Assembly: GCA_036476995.1 (NCBI GenBank)
Contig: JAZGCO010000021.1
Coordinates: 8,085-72,084 of the forward strand
DNA length: 64,000 nt
Reading direction: 5' to 3'
From: Gemmatimonadota bacterium
Lineage (GTDB): Bacteria; Gemmatimonadota; Gemmatimonadetes; Palauibacterales; Palauibacteraceae
The first letter of the stretch is position 1. Each line of letters begins with the position of its first letter. A program made the position numbers and the translations under genes. A model generated the notes under the pieces. It ran no database searches, had not been told where the DNA came from, and saw nothing but the letters and a program-made list of their open reading frames with translations. Of this stretch, positions 47,621 through 57,274 are shown one piece after another.

Positions 47621-48649
47621 CTAGACCGAAGCGCCCGCAGGCAGCCGCTCAGCCACGAACCGAGCCAGATCTACGCAGCGGGACGAGTATCCCCATTCGT
47701 TGTCGTACCAGGAAATCACCTTCACCAGGCTACCACCAATGACTGCGGTGGCCAGTCCGTCCACGATCGAACTCGCCGGGTTACCTACATAGTCGATAGA
47801 GACCAGCGGCTCATCGGAGTACTCGAGCACTCCCTGGAGCGGGCCCTGTGCCTGACTCCGAAAGGTCTCGTTCAGCTCTTCCACCGTCGTATCCCGGCCG
47901 AGATTGGCCACCAGGTCCACAATCGACACATCCGGCGTCGGGACTCGCATGGCCATGCCATCGATCTTGCCCGCAACCGAGGGAAGAACGATCCCCGTTG
48001 CCTTGGCCGCACCCGTGGTGGTCGGGATGATGGACATGGACGCGGCACGGGCTCGGCGCAGATCCGAGTGCGGCAGATCCAGGATCCGTTGATCGTTCGT
48101 GAAGCTGTGCACCGTGGTCATGAGTCCGTTCACGAATCCGAACTGCTCGTCCAGCACCTTGACCAGCGGAGCCACGCAATTAGTCGTACAGCTGGCATTT
48201 GAAATGATGTGATGCACTGCGGGATCGTACTGCTCCGTGTTGACACCCATGACAATGGTGATGTCTGGATCCCCCGAAGGCGCTGTCACAATGACCTTTT
48301 GGGCTCCCGCAGAAAGGTGCCGGGATGCGTCTGCGTGCGCCCGGAAGCGGCCGGTGCTCTCAAGCACGATGTCCACTCCCACCTCAGCCCACGGCAGCTT
48401 CTCCGGATGCGGCTCGGAGAACACCTGAATCCGTTCTCCATCGATGTCCAGCCACCCGTCTCCGGCCGTAACCCGGCCCGGGAAACGGCCGTGAACGGAG
48501 TCGTATCGAAACAGATGGGCCAGCGTATCGTCACTCGTGAGGTCGTTGACCGCTACGAACTTGATGTCGTTCACGGACTGCGCCAGAGCAGATCTCAAGA
48601 TGTTCCGGCCAATCCGGCCAAATCCGTTGATTCCTACCTTCACAGACAT
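47621..48649 (-). CDS. gap: Glyceraldehyde-3-phosphate dehydrogenase (type I)
   Basis: GINGFGRIGR, SNASCTTNC and WYDNEWGY motifs. Confidence 0.99.
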   Translation of the reverse strand: MSVKVGINGFGRIGRNILRSALAQSVNDIKFVAVNDLTSDDTLAHLFRYDSVHGRFPGRVTAGDGWLDIDGERIQVFSEPHPEKLPWAEVGVDIVLESTGRFRAHADASRHLSAGAQKVIVTAPSGDPDITIVMGVNTEQYDPAVHHIISNASCTTNCVAPLVKVLDEQFGFVNGLMTTVHSFTNDQRILDLPHSDLRRARAASMSIIPTTTGAAKATGIVLPSVAGKIDGMAMRVPTPDVSIVDLVANLGRDTTVEELNETFRSQAQGPLQGVLEYSDEPLVSIDYVGNPASSIVDGLATAVIGGSLVKVISWYDNEWGYSSRCVDLARFVAERLPAGASV

Positions 48650-48738
48650 ATCATCGCCCTGTTCAATATTGGGTACGTGCGCGGAGGCGTCAGCGCCCGC
48701 GCCGCCAAGCTATGCGGAAGCCTGGAATAACCCAACCC

Positions 48739-49518
48739 TCACTCGGGGACGGCTCTGGCGAAGGTGACGACACCCACGCAACTGAAGCCGGCCGCCGCCA
48801 GAGCACCCGCGCAGGCTCCAGCCGTGGAGCCGGTCGTCAACACGTCATCTACGAGGAGCAGAGAGGCCCGATCCTCAGGCTGGGCACGGCTTCTTGACTG
48901 TCTAGCCAGCAGTACCGCCGGCGGGATCACGCTGACACTTCCGGCCACATTCTCGGCGCGCTCGGAGCGAGTGAGTGTCGCCTGGGCCCGACTGGTCTGT
49001 GAACGCTGGAGTAGAAGGCAGGTTCCCCATCCGGCGATCCGGGCCAGGGACTCGGCCAGTAGGCCGGCCTGGTTGTAGCCGCGCTCCCGTAGGCGGGCTT
49101 TCGACATCGGAATCGGAACCAGGACCGGCTTCCGCCCAGCCAGCAGGCGTCGCGTGCTCGGCTCCATCGATCCCGCCATCCAGTCCACAAGAGCCGTAGA
49201 TCCCTCGTACTTGAGTGCGTGCACGACTCGGGAAGCCACTCCGGTCATGTAGAACGGAGCGGCGGCGCCGGCTAGTGAGTCAGGCCATTCGGCGCACGCC
49301 GCGCAGCCGTCCATGCCGGGCAGATCGAGCCGCCGCGTCACCTGGCAGCGCTTACAGTGAGGCGGATTCAGTCGGGGCAGGCGAGATCGGCAGGTTGCGC
49401 AGACGGGCGCCACGTCCTGCGGTAGCGCTGCCGCACAGCAAACGCAGCGGGATGGGAGCAGAACAGCCAATACTCCGGCGCCGAGCTGGCCGGCACGGTG
49501 GATCAGTCGGCCAACCAC
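48739..49518 (-). CDS. ComF family protein (double zinc ribbon + phosphoribosyltransferase)
   Basis: CVCC...CATC...CKRC...CAAC, LKYEG, RGYNQA and LLVDDVLTTGST motifs. Start approximate. Confidence 0.92.
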   Translation of the reverse strand: MVGRLIHRAGQLGAGVLAVLLPSRCVCCAAALPQDVAPVCATCRSRLPRLNPPHCKRCQVTRRLDLPGMDGCAACAEWPDSLAGAAAPFYMTGVASRVVHALKYEGSTALVDWMAGSMEPSTRRLLAGRKPVLVPIPMSKARLRERGYNQAGLLAESLARIAGWGTCLLLQRSQTSRAQATLTRSERAENVAGSVSVIPPAVLLARQSRSRAQPEDRASLLLVDDVLTTGSTAGACAGALAAAGFSCVGVVTFARAVPE

Positions 49519-50351
49519 GGACGTCCCAGCGCCTTTAGCGCCGCCCGCTTCATGCACGCAGCAGGTGCTTCGCAGCCGAGCCACCGCTCCACAGAGAGGA
49601 GCGCCTGCTGGACCAGCATGTCCAGTCCGTCGGCCGCGACCATCCCCTTCGCCCGGGCGCTCTGTACCCAGGGCGTGCCGTCGGCGTCGCGCCCGTAGAC
49701 AAGGTCGAGCGCATAGCCGGCCCGTACTTCGGCCAGATTCAGGGGCAGCGGGTCAGAAGAGGACAGGCCGAGCGAGGTCGCATTAATGATCAGGTCGAAC
49801 TCGCTCAGCTGCTTGAAGTCGGCCAGGCGTAGATCCAGCCGCGCTGTACCAAAGTCGCTGAGAACCTTCTCTGCGCGGCTGGAGGTTCGATTGCGCAGCC
49901 AGACGCTCTCCGCGCCGCCGCGCTCACAGGCAAGGACCGCCGCCCTCCCAGCTCCGCCCGCACCCAGGACTAGCACTCGGGCGCCAGACATCTCGAAGCG
50001 CGGGAGACGAGCGACAGCGGCCAGCAATCCGTCCACATCCGTGTTGTCGCCGGCGATCTGTGCGTCGGCGTCTGCCCAGAAGCAGTTGCACGCACCGGAG
50101 CGAACGACGGCCTCCGAAGGAAGGTCAACGATCTCGGCGGCAGCCTGCTTGTGAGGCAGAGTGACATTACCTCCACCACCGCCGTCACACAGCGCGCTCA
50201 TCGCCGCGGCCAAACTCGGACGGTTCACCCTCTGCCGCCCATACCGGGCCGCAATGCCCAGCTCTTCAAAGGCGGCGCGATACATGTCCGGGGAGACCGA
50301 GTGTTCGACCGGATCGCCCAGTACCGCGAACGAGAGAACCGTCTCAGTCAC
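49503..50351 (-). CDS. aroE: Shikimate dehydrogenase
   Basis: GDPVEHSVSP, NVTLPHK, GDNTDVDG, LGAGGAG, INATSLG and GLDMLVQQA motifs. Start at the GTG overlapping the phosphatase stop. Confidence 0.95.
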   Translation of the reverse strand: MTETVLSFAVLGDPVEHSVSPDMYRAAFEELGIAARYGRQRVNRPSLAAAMSALCDGGGGGNVTLPHKQAAAEIVDLPSEAVVRSGACNCFWADADAQIAGDNTDVDGLLAAVARLPRFEMSGARVLVLGAGGAGRAAVLACERGGAESVWLRNRTSSRAEKVLSDFGTARLDLRLADFKQLSEFDLIINATSLGLSSSDPLPLNLAEVRAGYALDLVYGRDADGTPWVQSARAKGMVAADGLDMLVQQALLSVERWLGCEAPAACMKRAALKALGRPWLAD

Positions 50352-50872
50352 TCGATCTCGTCTTCGGGATCGTAGTCCGCCGGAAGTTCCCGCTGCACCT
50401 GTTCGATCAGTCTCTCGACGCACTCCTCAAGAAGAAGCCAGGTAGACTCATAGGCTGGCCCTCCGCCGCCGATCGGATCATCCACGTCCTGGCCGTGTCG
50501 CGTGTCGGCCGCATTCAGAAAGTGCGTTACGAGAGCCAACGGCGCGTCGGGGCTGAGGTCCAGCACAGCCAGAAGGTGTGAGACAGACATTCCCACTATG
50601 AAATCAGCCTCGGCGACCATCTCCGCAGTCAATAGCCGGGAAACGTGCTCCTCCACGCTCAACCCATGGCGCGACGCTTCGTCGGCCAGCCCGGCCGAGG
50701 CCGGATTTCCGGGAGCAGCCATGGTGCCGGCGGATTCCACTTGCAACCAGTCGAGACCTTGCTGCCGTGCTCCCGTGCGCGCTATCGTTTCCGCCATCGG
50801 ACTGCGACACGTGTTGCCCGTACATACGAAAAGCACCCGAAACACGGAATCCCCTGCTCCGCTCTGCTCCAT
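50348..50872 (-). CDS. Low-molecular-weight protein phosphatase (YwlE-like arginine phosphatase candidate)
   Basis: VLFVCTGNTCRSPMAE P-loop, SAGT and DVDDPIG (general acid Asp). Confidence 0.93.
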   Translation of the reverse strand: MEQSGAGDSVFRVLFVCTGNTCRSPMAETIARTGARQQGLDWLQVESAGTMAAPGNPASAGLADEASRHGLSVEEHVSRLLTAEMVAEADFIVGMSVSHLLAVLDLSPDAPLALVTHFLNAADTRHGQDVDDPIGGGGPAYESTWLLLEECVERLIEQVQRELPADYDPEDEIE

Positions 50873-51580
50873 TTACTTTGCCGGCCCAGCGGCGCCGAGG
50901 CCGCGCGGATCGAGGCTCAGGCACGTTCCGATTTCCTCCACCGATACCGCTCCGACCCGGAGCACACGAACACGACCGTCCCTGACGGAAACGATTGAAG
51001 AAGCAGGCGGCCCGGGCAGCCGCGGTTCGGAGACGAAGGTGACGGGGAGGTCGGAGGGAGACAGCGCCGCGAGAGCGGCTGCTGCCGCGTCTCGGGTCGC
51101 TGACACCGGCTCACCCCGGCGATTCAGACTCGACGACAGCACACCCCGTCCCCAGGCCTCAAGCAGGAGCTGCATAAATCGATTCCCCTCCGCTCGCAGC
51201 GCGACACCTTCTGCCGTTCCATCGTCCAGCACGAGCGTGACGGGGCCAGGCCAAAAGCGGTCCGCGAGCCGCTCAGCCGTGTCGTTCCAGACAACCGATG
51301 GAAACGCGGTCGAGATCTGCCTGGCAGAATACACGAGCCGGATGTACGGCCGCCGGACGGTGTAGCCCTTGAGGCGAGACACCTCGGCCTCCACCTCCAG
51401 ACTGACAGAGCCGCCCAGGCCGAAAACCGAGCTCGTGGGGTGAGCCAGGAGGCTGTCGGCTGAGAGGCAGCGAAGCGCCTGCTCCAGGGCCTCTTCAGTC
51501 GCGGCTCGGTCGGCGGGCGCCTCTGCGCCGGAGGAGGCGCTCAACGCGGCGGGCAGCGCGAATTCCTCAAACGCTGTCAT
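50873..51580 (-). CDS. tsaC: TsaC/YrdC/Sua5-family protein (threonylcarbamoyl-AMP synthase-like), divergent
   Basis: HPTSSVFGLGG, FWPGPVTLVL, GVALR, SSSLN..G, SSIV and LRVGAV motifs; several conserved motifs are altered. Confidence 0.82.
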   Translation of the reverse strand: MTAFEEFALPAALSASSGAEAPADRAATEEALEQALRCLSADSLLAHPTSSVFGLGGSVSLEVEAEVSRLKGYTVRRPYIRLVYSARQISTAFPSVVWNDTAERLADRFWPGPVTLVLDDGTAEGVALRAEGNRFMQLLLEAWGRGVLSSSLNRRGEPVSATRDAAAAALAALSPSDLPVTFVSEPRLPGPPASSIVSVRDGRVRVLRVGAVSVEEIGTCLSLDPRGLGAAGPAK

Positions 51581-52262
51581 CGGCCCGTTCCGGCAGGAGA
51601 CGAGAGGCTACCCACTCCGCGTACTGAAAATCGGCTTCGGTCGTGAGCTTGAGATTCATGACTTCGCCGGGAACGCTAGCCACCATCTCACCTGCAAGCT
51701 CGCACAGGTACGCGTCGTCCGGAGCCGTGAGCCCCCTCTCCTCGGCGTCGGTGTGAAGCCGACGAATCATGGCAAACGGAAAGCCCTGCGGCGTCTGCGT
51801 ACGTCGTAGCTCTCCGCGAGTCTGTGTGCCCTCGACCACTCCGTCGTCGGACACACGTTTGAGCGTGTCGGTGACAGGCAGCATAGGAACTACCGGTCCA
51901 CCCAACGCCGCCCACGCCACTCTCTCGACCAGCTCGAGGCTCGCAAACGGGCGGGCGGCATCATGAATCAGAATCACGTCCGACTGAGGATCCACTCCGC
52001 ACACACCGCGGCCCGCAGATTCTCGGCGCGATGCTCCACCCCTGACAAGCCGGTCCGCGCACTGCATCAGCCACGGCGGCGGATCTGAGAATATGCCCGG
52101 AGATACGACTACGATGATCTCTTCGACCTGGTCACAGCGCCTGAACGGGCTACAGGCCCACTCCAGTACCCGTCGGCCGCCCAGCTCACGGAATTGTTTG
52201 GGAACCTCTCCGGCGCACCGCGAGCCCTTTCCCGCAGCCAGGATTACCGCGCTGGCCTTCAT
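51567..52262 (-). CDS. ispD: 2-C-methyl-D-erythritol 4-phosphate cytidylyltransferase
   Basis: LAAGKGSR, PKQF, GGASRRES, IHDAARP, QTPQGF and NLKLTT motifs. Confidence 0.96.
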   Translation of the reverse strand: MKASAVILAAGKGSRCAGEVPKQFRELGGRRVLEWACSPFRRCDQVEEIIVVVSPGIFSDPPPWLMQCADRLVRGGASRRESAGRGVCGVDPQSDVILIHDAARPFASLELVERVAWAALGGPVVPMLPVTDTLKRVSDDGVVEGTQTRGELRRTQTPQGFPFAMIRRLHTDAEERGLTAPDDAYLCELAGEMVASVPGEVMNLKLTTEADFQYAEWVASRLLPERADDSV

Positions 52263-53632
52263 CCGCGCAGCCAGCTCACGACCTCTTGCACGTGTTGGGC
52301 GAATCTGATCTCCGACCCCCAGTCAGCCTCCTCACGAGCCGCCGCCGGCAGCACGATCTGGGAGAGACCTGCTCGCACGGCAACGCGTACACGTGCTGCA
52401 CAGTGGGGAACGCCGCGCAGCTCGCCCGACAAACCGACTTCGCCGACGAACGCGGCAGCGGCCGGCGGCGGCCGGTCGAGCTCGGCTGATACGAGTGCCG
52501 CAAGAACGCCCAGGTCAGCGCTTGGATCCACCAGCCTCAGTCCTCCAACCACACTCAGGAACACATCCTTATCAGTGAGGGGCAGTCCGGCTTTCCGTTC
52601 GAGCACCGCAAGCAATACGGCCAACCGGCGAGGCGGAAAGCCTGTCGCCACGCGCTGCGGCGTCGAGAATCGGGCAGGGGCCGACAACGCCTGAACCTCA
52701 GCCAGGACGGGTCGCCGTCCCTGTAGAGGAACGCAGATGGCTGCCCCGCTCACTTCGGCAGGGCGATCGTTCATGAAGACGGCGGAGGGATCGGATAACG
52801 GTTCGAGTCCTCGATCCGCCATCCGGTAGACCGCCAGTTCATCCACGCTTCCGAACCGGTTCTTCACCGATCGTAGCCAGCGGTGTTCGGCTAGCCGTTG
52901 CCCCTCAAACAGGAGGACAACGTCCACCAGATGCTCGAGAGAACGGGGTCCGGCAAGCTGTCCCCCTTTGGTGACATGCCCGATCAGGAACGTCGGGAAT
53001 CCGAGACGCTTGGCCACATGGAGCAAGAGCGCCGCGGACTCCTGCACCTGCCTCACGCCTCCGACCGCCGCGTTGGAACCACTCACGACCAGCGTTTGGA
53101 TGGAATCCACGAGCAGGAGGTCCGGAGGCTCACATTCAACGATCCTGAGCAGCTCGCTGAGATCGGTCGTGGAAATGAACAGAACCTGCTCCGGACCAGG
53201 GCTGATCCGAGAGGCCCGCAGTTTGATCTGCTCCCGTGATTCCTCTCCGGAGGCGTACAGCACGCTCTTGCCGGTGGCGGCGACTCCAGCGGCAACCTGA
53301 AGCATCAGAGTGGACTTTCCGATTCCGGGTGCGCCTCCGAGGAGTACGACTGAACCCGGCACCAGACCCCCGCCGAGGACTCGATCGAAGTCGCCGAAGC
53401 CTACCTGCGTCCGGCCCAGCGGCGTCGCCGGGCCGTAGCCCAGAGCCTCCGGCTTGTTCTCAAGCCCCGGCCGCCGCGTGGCCGAAGACGCGGCCGGGGA
53501 GCGCTCGCCGCGTGGCCCGGCCGGAGCTTCAGCCAGCGTGTTCCACTCTCCGCAGCCCGGGCAGCGCCCCTCCCAACGGAGCGTCTCGTTTCCGCAGGAT
53601 GTGCAGAAGTACGCGGTGCGGACGGTCCTCAC
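52259..53632 (-). CDS. radA: DNA repair protein RadA/Sms
   Basis: CTSCG...GRCPGCGEW, GAPGIGKS, DSIQT, KNRFG and GEVGLSGE motifs. Confidence 0.98.
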   Translation of the reverse strand: MRTVRTAYFCTSCGNETLRWEGRCPGCGEWNTLAEAPAGPRGERSPAASSATRRPGLENKPEALGYGPATPLGRTQVGFGDFDRVLGGGLVPGSVVLLGGAPGIGKSTLMLQVAAGVAATGKSVLYASGEESREQIKLRASRISPGPEQVLFISTTDLSELLRIVECEPPDLLLVDSIQTLVVSGSNAAVGGVRQVQESAALLLHVAKRLGFPTFLIGHVTKGGQLAGPRSLEHLVDVVLLFEGQRLAEHRWLRSVKNRFGSVDELAVYRMADRGLEPLSDPSAVFMNDRPAEVSGAAICVPLQGRRPVLAEVQALSAPARFSTPQRVATGFPPRRLAVLLAVLERKAGLPLTDKDVFLSVVGGLRLVDPSADLGVLAALVSAELDRPPPAAAAFVGEVGLSGELRGVPHCAARVRVAVRAGLSQIVLPAAAREEADWGSEIRFAQHVQEVVSWLRG

Positions 53633-53638
53633 GAGAGG

Positions 53639-55042
53639 CTAGGGCGCGGTGGGGGCGGGCTCCCGCCGTAGCGACTCGAAGAGCGTGTAACGCTTGTGGA
53701 AGTACAGAGGCACAAGTCCCGTCGGTCCATTCCGCTGTTTGCCAATGATGAGCTCCGCCTTACCCTCAATCGATTCGCCCGCCTGATCGACCCTCGGATC
53801 GTCCTTCTTCCGATAGGCCTCTTCCCGGTACACGAACAGAACAAGATCGGCATCCTGCTCGATGGCTCCTGACTCTCTGAGGTCCGCCAGCACGGGCCGC
53901 CGATCTGTTCTCTGCTCAGGCGCTCTGGAAAGCTGCGACAGGGCTATCACGGGAACTTGAAGTTCCTTCGCCACTCCCTTGAGAGCCTGCGATATCGAAC
54001 TGATTTCCTGCTGTCTGTTTTCGACGCCGCTCGGGCCAGCCATGAGCTGGAGATAGTCTACGATGACCAGTCCGAGATCCACCTCGGCCGCCAGCCGGCG
54101 AGCCTTGGCCCGTAGCTCGAGAGCCGTAATGCTCGGAGTGTCATCAATCCAGATCGGCGCCGTATTGAGGTGACCGGCCGCCGTAGCCAGTCGACCGTAT
54201 TCATCGTCCTGCAGCCTGCCGCGTCTCAGGCGCCCCGAATCGACCCGACCCTCCGCACACAGAAGGCGCTGTACCAACGCTTCCTTTGACATCTCAAGGG
54301 AAAACAGAGCTACCGGCGTTTCATGATCGATGGCCGCATGCTGGGCGAAGTTCAGGGCTAGCGCGGTCTTCCCCATCGATGGCCGGCCGGCCACGATGAT
54401 CAGCTCAGACGGCTGAAAACCGCCTGTCAAGTTGTCCAGATCGGGAAAGCCCGACGGAATACCCGTAAGGGAGCCTCCTCCGCGCTGCATCTCCTCGATC
54501 TTCTCGAACGTCGGCCACAGGATCTCTTTGATCCAAACGAAGCCGGCCCGCTGTGTGGCCTGCGAGATTTGAAAGATTCTCTGCTCGGCGCGGTCCAGAG
54601 CCTCGTCGATCTCTCCCGACGGCGCCTGGTAGGCATCCTGGATGATGTCCGTCGCCGTATGAATAAGCTTTCGGAGAACCGCCTTGTCACGGAGGATTCG
54701 GCAGTGGTACGCGACGTTGGCGGCCGTTGGAACCGCGTCCACAAGCTGCGCCAGGTAGGGTAGCCCTCCTGCGCTGGTCAACTCGCCTGCGGTCTTGAGC
54801 TCGTCAGCGAGCGTCACCGAGTCGATGACGCCTCCTCGCTGGTAGAGCCGCACCATTCCGCGGTAGATGCGCCGGTTCGCCTCTCGATAGAAGGCGGCCT
54901 CGTCCAGTACCTCAATCGCCTCGACTACCGCGTCGCCGTCGATAAGCATGGCCGACAGTACTGAAATCTCGGCTTCTTCCGACCAGGGCGCCTGGCGGCC
55001 CTGCGCCTCTAGCGGCGCAACCGCGAGCGATGCATCAGCCAT
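53639..55042 (-). CDS. dnaB: Replicative DNA helicase
   Basis: PWSEEAE, GRPSMGKT, VDYLQL, LSQLSR, DLRESGAIEQDAD and KQRNGP motifs; no intein. Start is 55042 or 55054. Confidence 0.99.
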   Translation of the reverse strand: MADASLAVAPLEAQGRQAPWSEEAEISVLSAMLIDGDAVVEAIEVLDEAAFYREANRRIYRGMVRLYQRGGVIDSVTLADELKTAGELTSAGGLPYLAQLVDAVPTAANVAYHCRILRDKAVLRKLIHTATDIIQDAYQAPSGEIDEALDRAEQRIFQISQATQRAGFVWIKEILWPTFEKIEEMQRGGGSLTGIPSGFPDLDNLTGGFQPSELIIVAGRPSMGKTALALNFAQHAAIDHETPVALFSLEMSKEALVQRLLCAEGRVDSGRLRRGRLQDDEYGRLATAAGHLNTAPIWIDDTPSITALELRAKARRLAAEVDLGLVIVDYLQLMAGPSGVENRQQEISSISQALKGVAKELQVPVIALSQLSRAPEQRTDRRPVLADLRESGAIEQDADLVLFVYREEAYRKKDDPRVDQAGESIEGKAELIIGKQRNGPTGLVPLYFHKRYTLFESLRREPAPTAP

Positions 55043-55811
55043 GCGTATCTCCATCTACGTCTGCGGATTCCAACACGCCACGCGCCGTCTGCAGGTCCTC
55101 CCAGGTGGGCCGTATCCAGCCCGGGTTTCTCAGCAGTGCCGCCGGATGGTACGTCGGCACGAGCGGTATTCCATCCAATAGATGTACCATCCCGCGCAAG
55201 CGCCCCAATGACTCGCCGCTGCCCAGGAGCGTTCGAGAGGCAAACGTCCCGAACGCGACAATGACCTCAGGGCTCACGAGCCGTATCTGCTCGCGCAGAT
55301 AGGGCGAACAGGTCGCAATCTCGTCGGGCTGCGGATTCCGATTCCCGGGAGGCCGGCACTTCAGCACGTTGCAAATGAACACGGACTCCCTGGGCATTCC
55401 GACCGACAGTAGAAGTTGGTCGAGCAACTTGCCTGCGCGACCGACGAAGGGCCTTCCCGTCCTGTCCTCGTTGGCTCCCGGCGCCTCCCCGACACACAGA
55501 ACTCTGGCTGCGGTCGTGCCTTCGCCGAACACGACGCTCAACCTGGACTCGTGAAGCCTGCACCTCTCGCACACCAGCGCTCGGACACGCAACTCGTCCA
55601 GCTCGTCCGCCGCCGACCTTACCGTGACCGGGGCTGCCGCAGACATGCCCTGCGCACCGGCGGTGGCCGGTACCTCCGGAGGCTCCGTGCCGACGCGCGC
55701 CGCAGCAGCCAGCACGGCGCTTCGATCCCCCCGGGTCAGAAACAGCTCCGGTTCTCCGAGTCCGATCTTCGACCGAAGATAGCTTCGCCACAGGTCTTGC
55801 GTCTGAGTCAC
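55035..55811 (-). CDS. Uracil-DNA glycosylase family 4 (4Fe-4S)
   Basis: CERCRL, VGEAPG, PFVGRAG, NVLKCRPP.N and TYHPAA motifs. Confidence 0.95.
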   Translation of the reverse strand: MTQTQDLWRSYLRSKIGLGEPELFLTRGDRSAVLAAAARVGTEPPEVPATAGAQGMSAAAPVTVRSAADELDELRVRALVCERCRLHESRLSVVFGEGTTAARVLCVGEAPGANEDRTGRPFVGRAGKLLDQLLLSVGMPRESVFICNVLKCRPPGNRNPQPDEIATCSPYLREQIRLVSPEVIVAFGTFASRTLLGSGESLGRLRGMVHLLDGIPLVPTYHPAALLRNPGWIRPTWEDLQTARGVLESADVDGDTHG

Positions 55812-57013
55812 TCGGTCACGCGCAGTTGGGCCTCGATTCGATCCAGCAGCCGATCGGCTACTTCCTCTTTCGCGAGGAGTGGCATCTCTTCCACTCCGCC
55901 ATCCGGATCGATGATGGTGACCCGGTTCGTCGGAGAATCAAAACCGGAATCTGGTCCCGCTTCGTTAAGCGCGACCAGATCCATCCCCTTTGATTCAAGC
56001 TTCCGGCGAGCGTTCTCCAACCCGTCATTCGTCTCCAAAGCGAAGCCCAGCGTGAACACACCTCCACTAGTCCGTTGATCACGGGTTTCGGACAGCAGGT
56101 CCGGACCTCGCTGCAATTCGAGCGACACCGTGTCACCGGTGTCTTCCTTTTTCATCTTGGAGTCGAGCACTTCCGCAGGACCGAAATCAGACACCGCTGC
56201 CGCCATGAGAAGCACGGAGGCTCCGTCCAGTTCGGCTCGTAGCGCCTCGAGCATCTCGCTGCTTTCCTCGACCCGAATCAGTCTCGGCCCATGGGGTGGC
56301 TCAGCGGTAGTAGGACCAGCGACCACGACGACCGAAGCGCCGCGGCGCCAGGCGGACTCAGCCAGGGCAAAACCCATCCGTCCGGAAGATCGGTTGCCGA
56401 CGAAACGGACCGGGTCCACGGGCGCGCGCGTCGGACCCGCCGTAACGACCACCTTGCGGTCCGTCAGAACGCTCGGCGGTTCAAGAAGCCTTCCGGCTTC
56501 TGACAGGATGGTGGCAGGCTCCGCCATGCGGCCCATGCCTTCCTCCCCTTCGGCCAGCGGGCCCTCTTCCGGGCCAACGATCGCCACCCCACGGTCCCGC
56601 AGTATAGCCACGTTTTGAGAGGTAGCCGGGTTGGTCCACATCCGGGTATTCATGGCCGGACATACCATTACGGGGCAGTCCACAGCCAGGAGCGTGGACG
56701 CGGCCATGTCGTCCGCCAGGCCGGCCGCCATCCGGGCCAGTGTGTTGGCCGTAGCCGGAGCGACGATGGCCAGATCGGCATCCTTGCCCAACTCGATGTG
56801 CGCGAGGGGCCGCTCCCAGAGATTTCGGTGCACCGCGCGGCCCGACAGCGCCTCGAATGTCGCGGCGCCCACCATTTTTTCGGCGCTCTCCGTCATCACC
56901 ACGTCCACCGAGCACCCACGTTCCCGCAGTCTTCTTACCAACGCCGCGCTCTTGTACGCGGCGATCCCACCTGTGACGACCAGCAGAATACGGCGGTCGT
57001 CGAAAGGCCTCAC
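55808..57013 (-). CDS. coaBC: Bifunctional phosphopantothenoylcysteine decarboxylase/synthetase
   Basis: TGGIAAYK, APATAN, PAMNTRMW, TAGPT..PVDPVR and SSGRMG motifs. Confidence 0.98.
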   Translation of the reverse strand: MRPFDDRRILLVVTGGIAAYKSAALVRRLRERGCSVDVVMTESAEKMVGAATFEALSGRAVHRNLWERPLAHIELGKDADLAIVAPATANTLARMAAGLADDMAASTLLAVDCPVMVCPAMNTRMWTNPATSQNVAILRDRGVAIVGPEEGPLAEGEEGMGRMAEPATILSEAGRLLEPPSVLTDRKVVVTAGPTRAPVDPVRFVGNRSSGRMGFALAESAWRRGASVVVVAGPTTAEPPHGPRLIRVEESSEMLEALRAELDGASVLLMAAAVSDFGPAEVLDSKMKKEDTGDTVSLELQRGPDLLSETRDQRTSGGVFTLGFALETNDGLENARRKLESKGMDLVALNEAGPDSGFDSPTNRVTIIDPDGGVEEMPLLAKEEVADRLLDRIEAQLRVTE

Positions 57014-57228
57014 TTCAGGCTTCGCTCGCGCTCTTTCTTTACCAGGCGATAGTCCAGGTCGCCGGATGCTAGCGCGGCAAGCGCGCTCGTCGTGAGCTTG
57101 TCCGCGCCATATGGCGACCGCTCCAGCGGAAGCGCGTTCAGTTCGCGCGCGTATTTGGCCGCCACAAGAACCCCGAGGTACTTGTCTCCACCAACAGGTG
57201 TAACCTCTTCCGGAGTAAAGACTTTCAT
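57010..57228 (-). CDS. rpoZ: RNA polymerase omega subunit
   Basis: 72 aa; DKYLGVLVAAKYARELN; located between gmk and coaBC. Confidence 0.85.
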   Translation of the reverse strand: MKVFTPEEVTPVGGDKYLGVLVAAKYARELNALPLERSPYGADKLTTSALAALASGDLDYRLVKKERERSLK

Positions 57229-57274
57229 ATGTTTATATCCTGTAATTTATCCAGCGCCGGTCGTCAGGCTGGCG

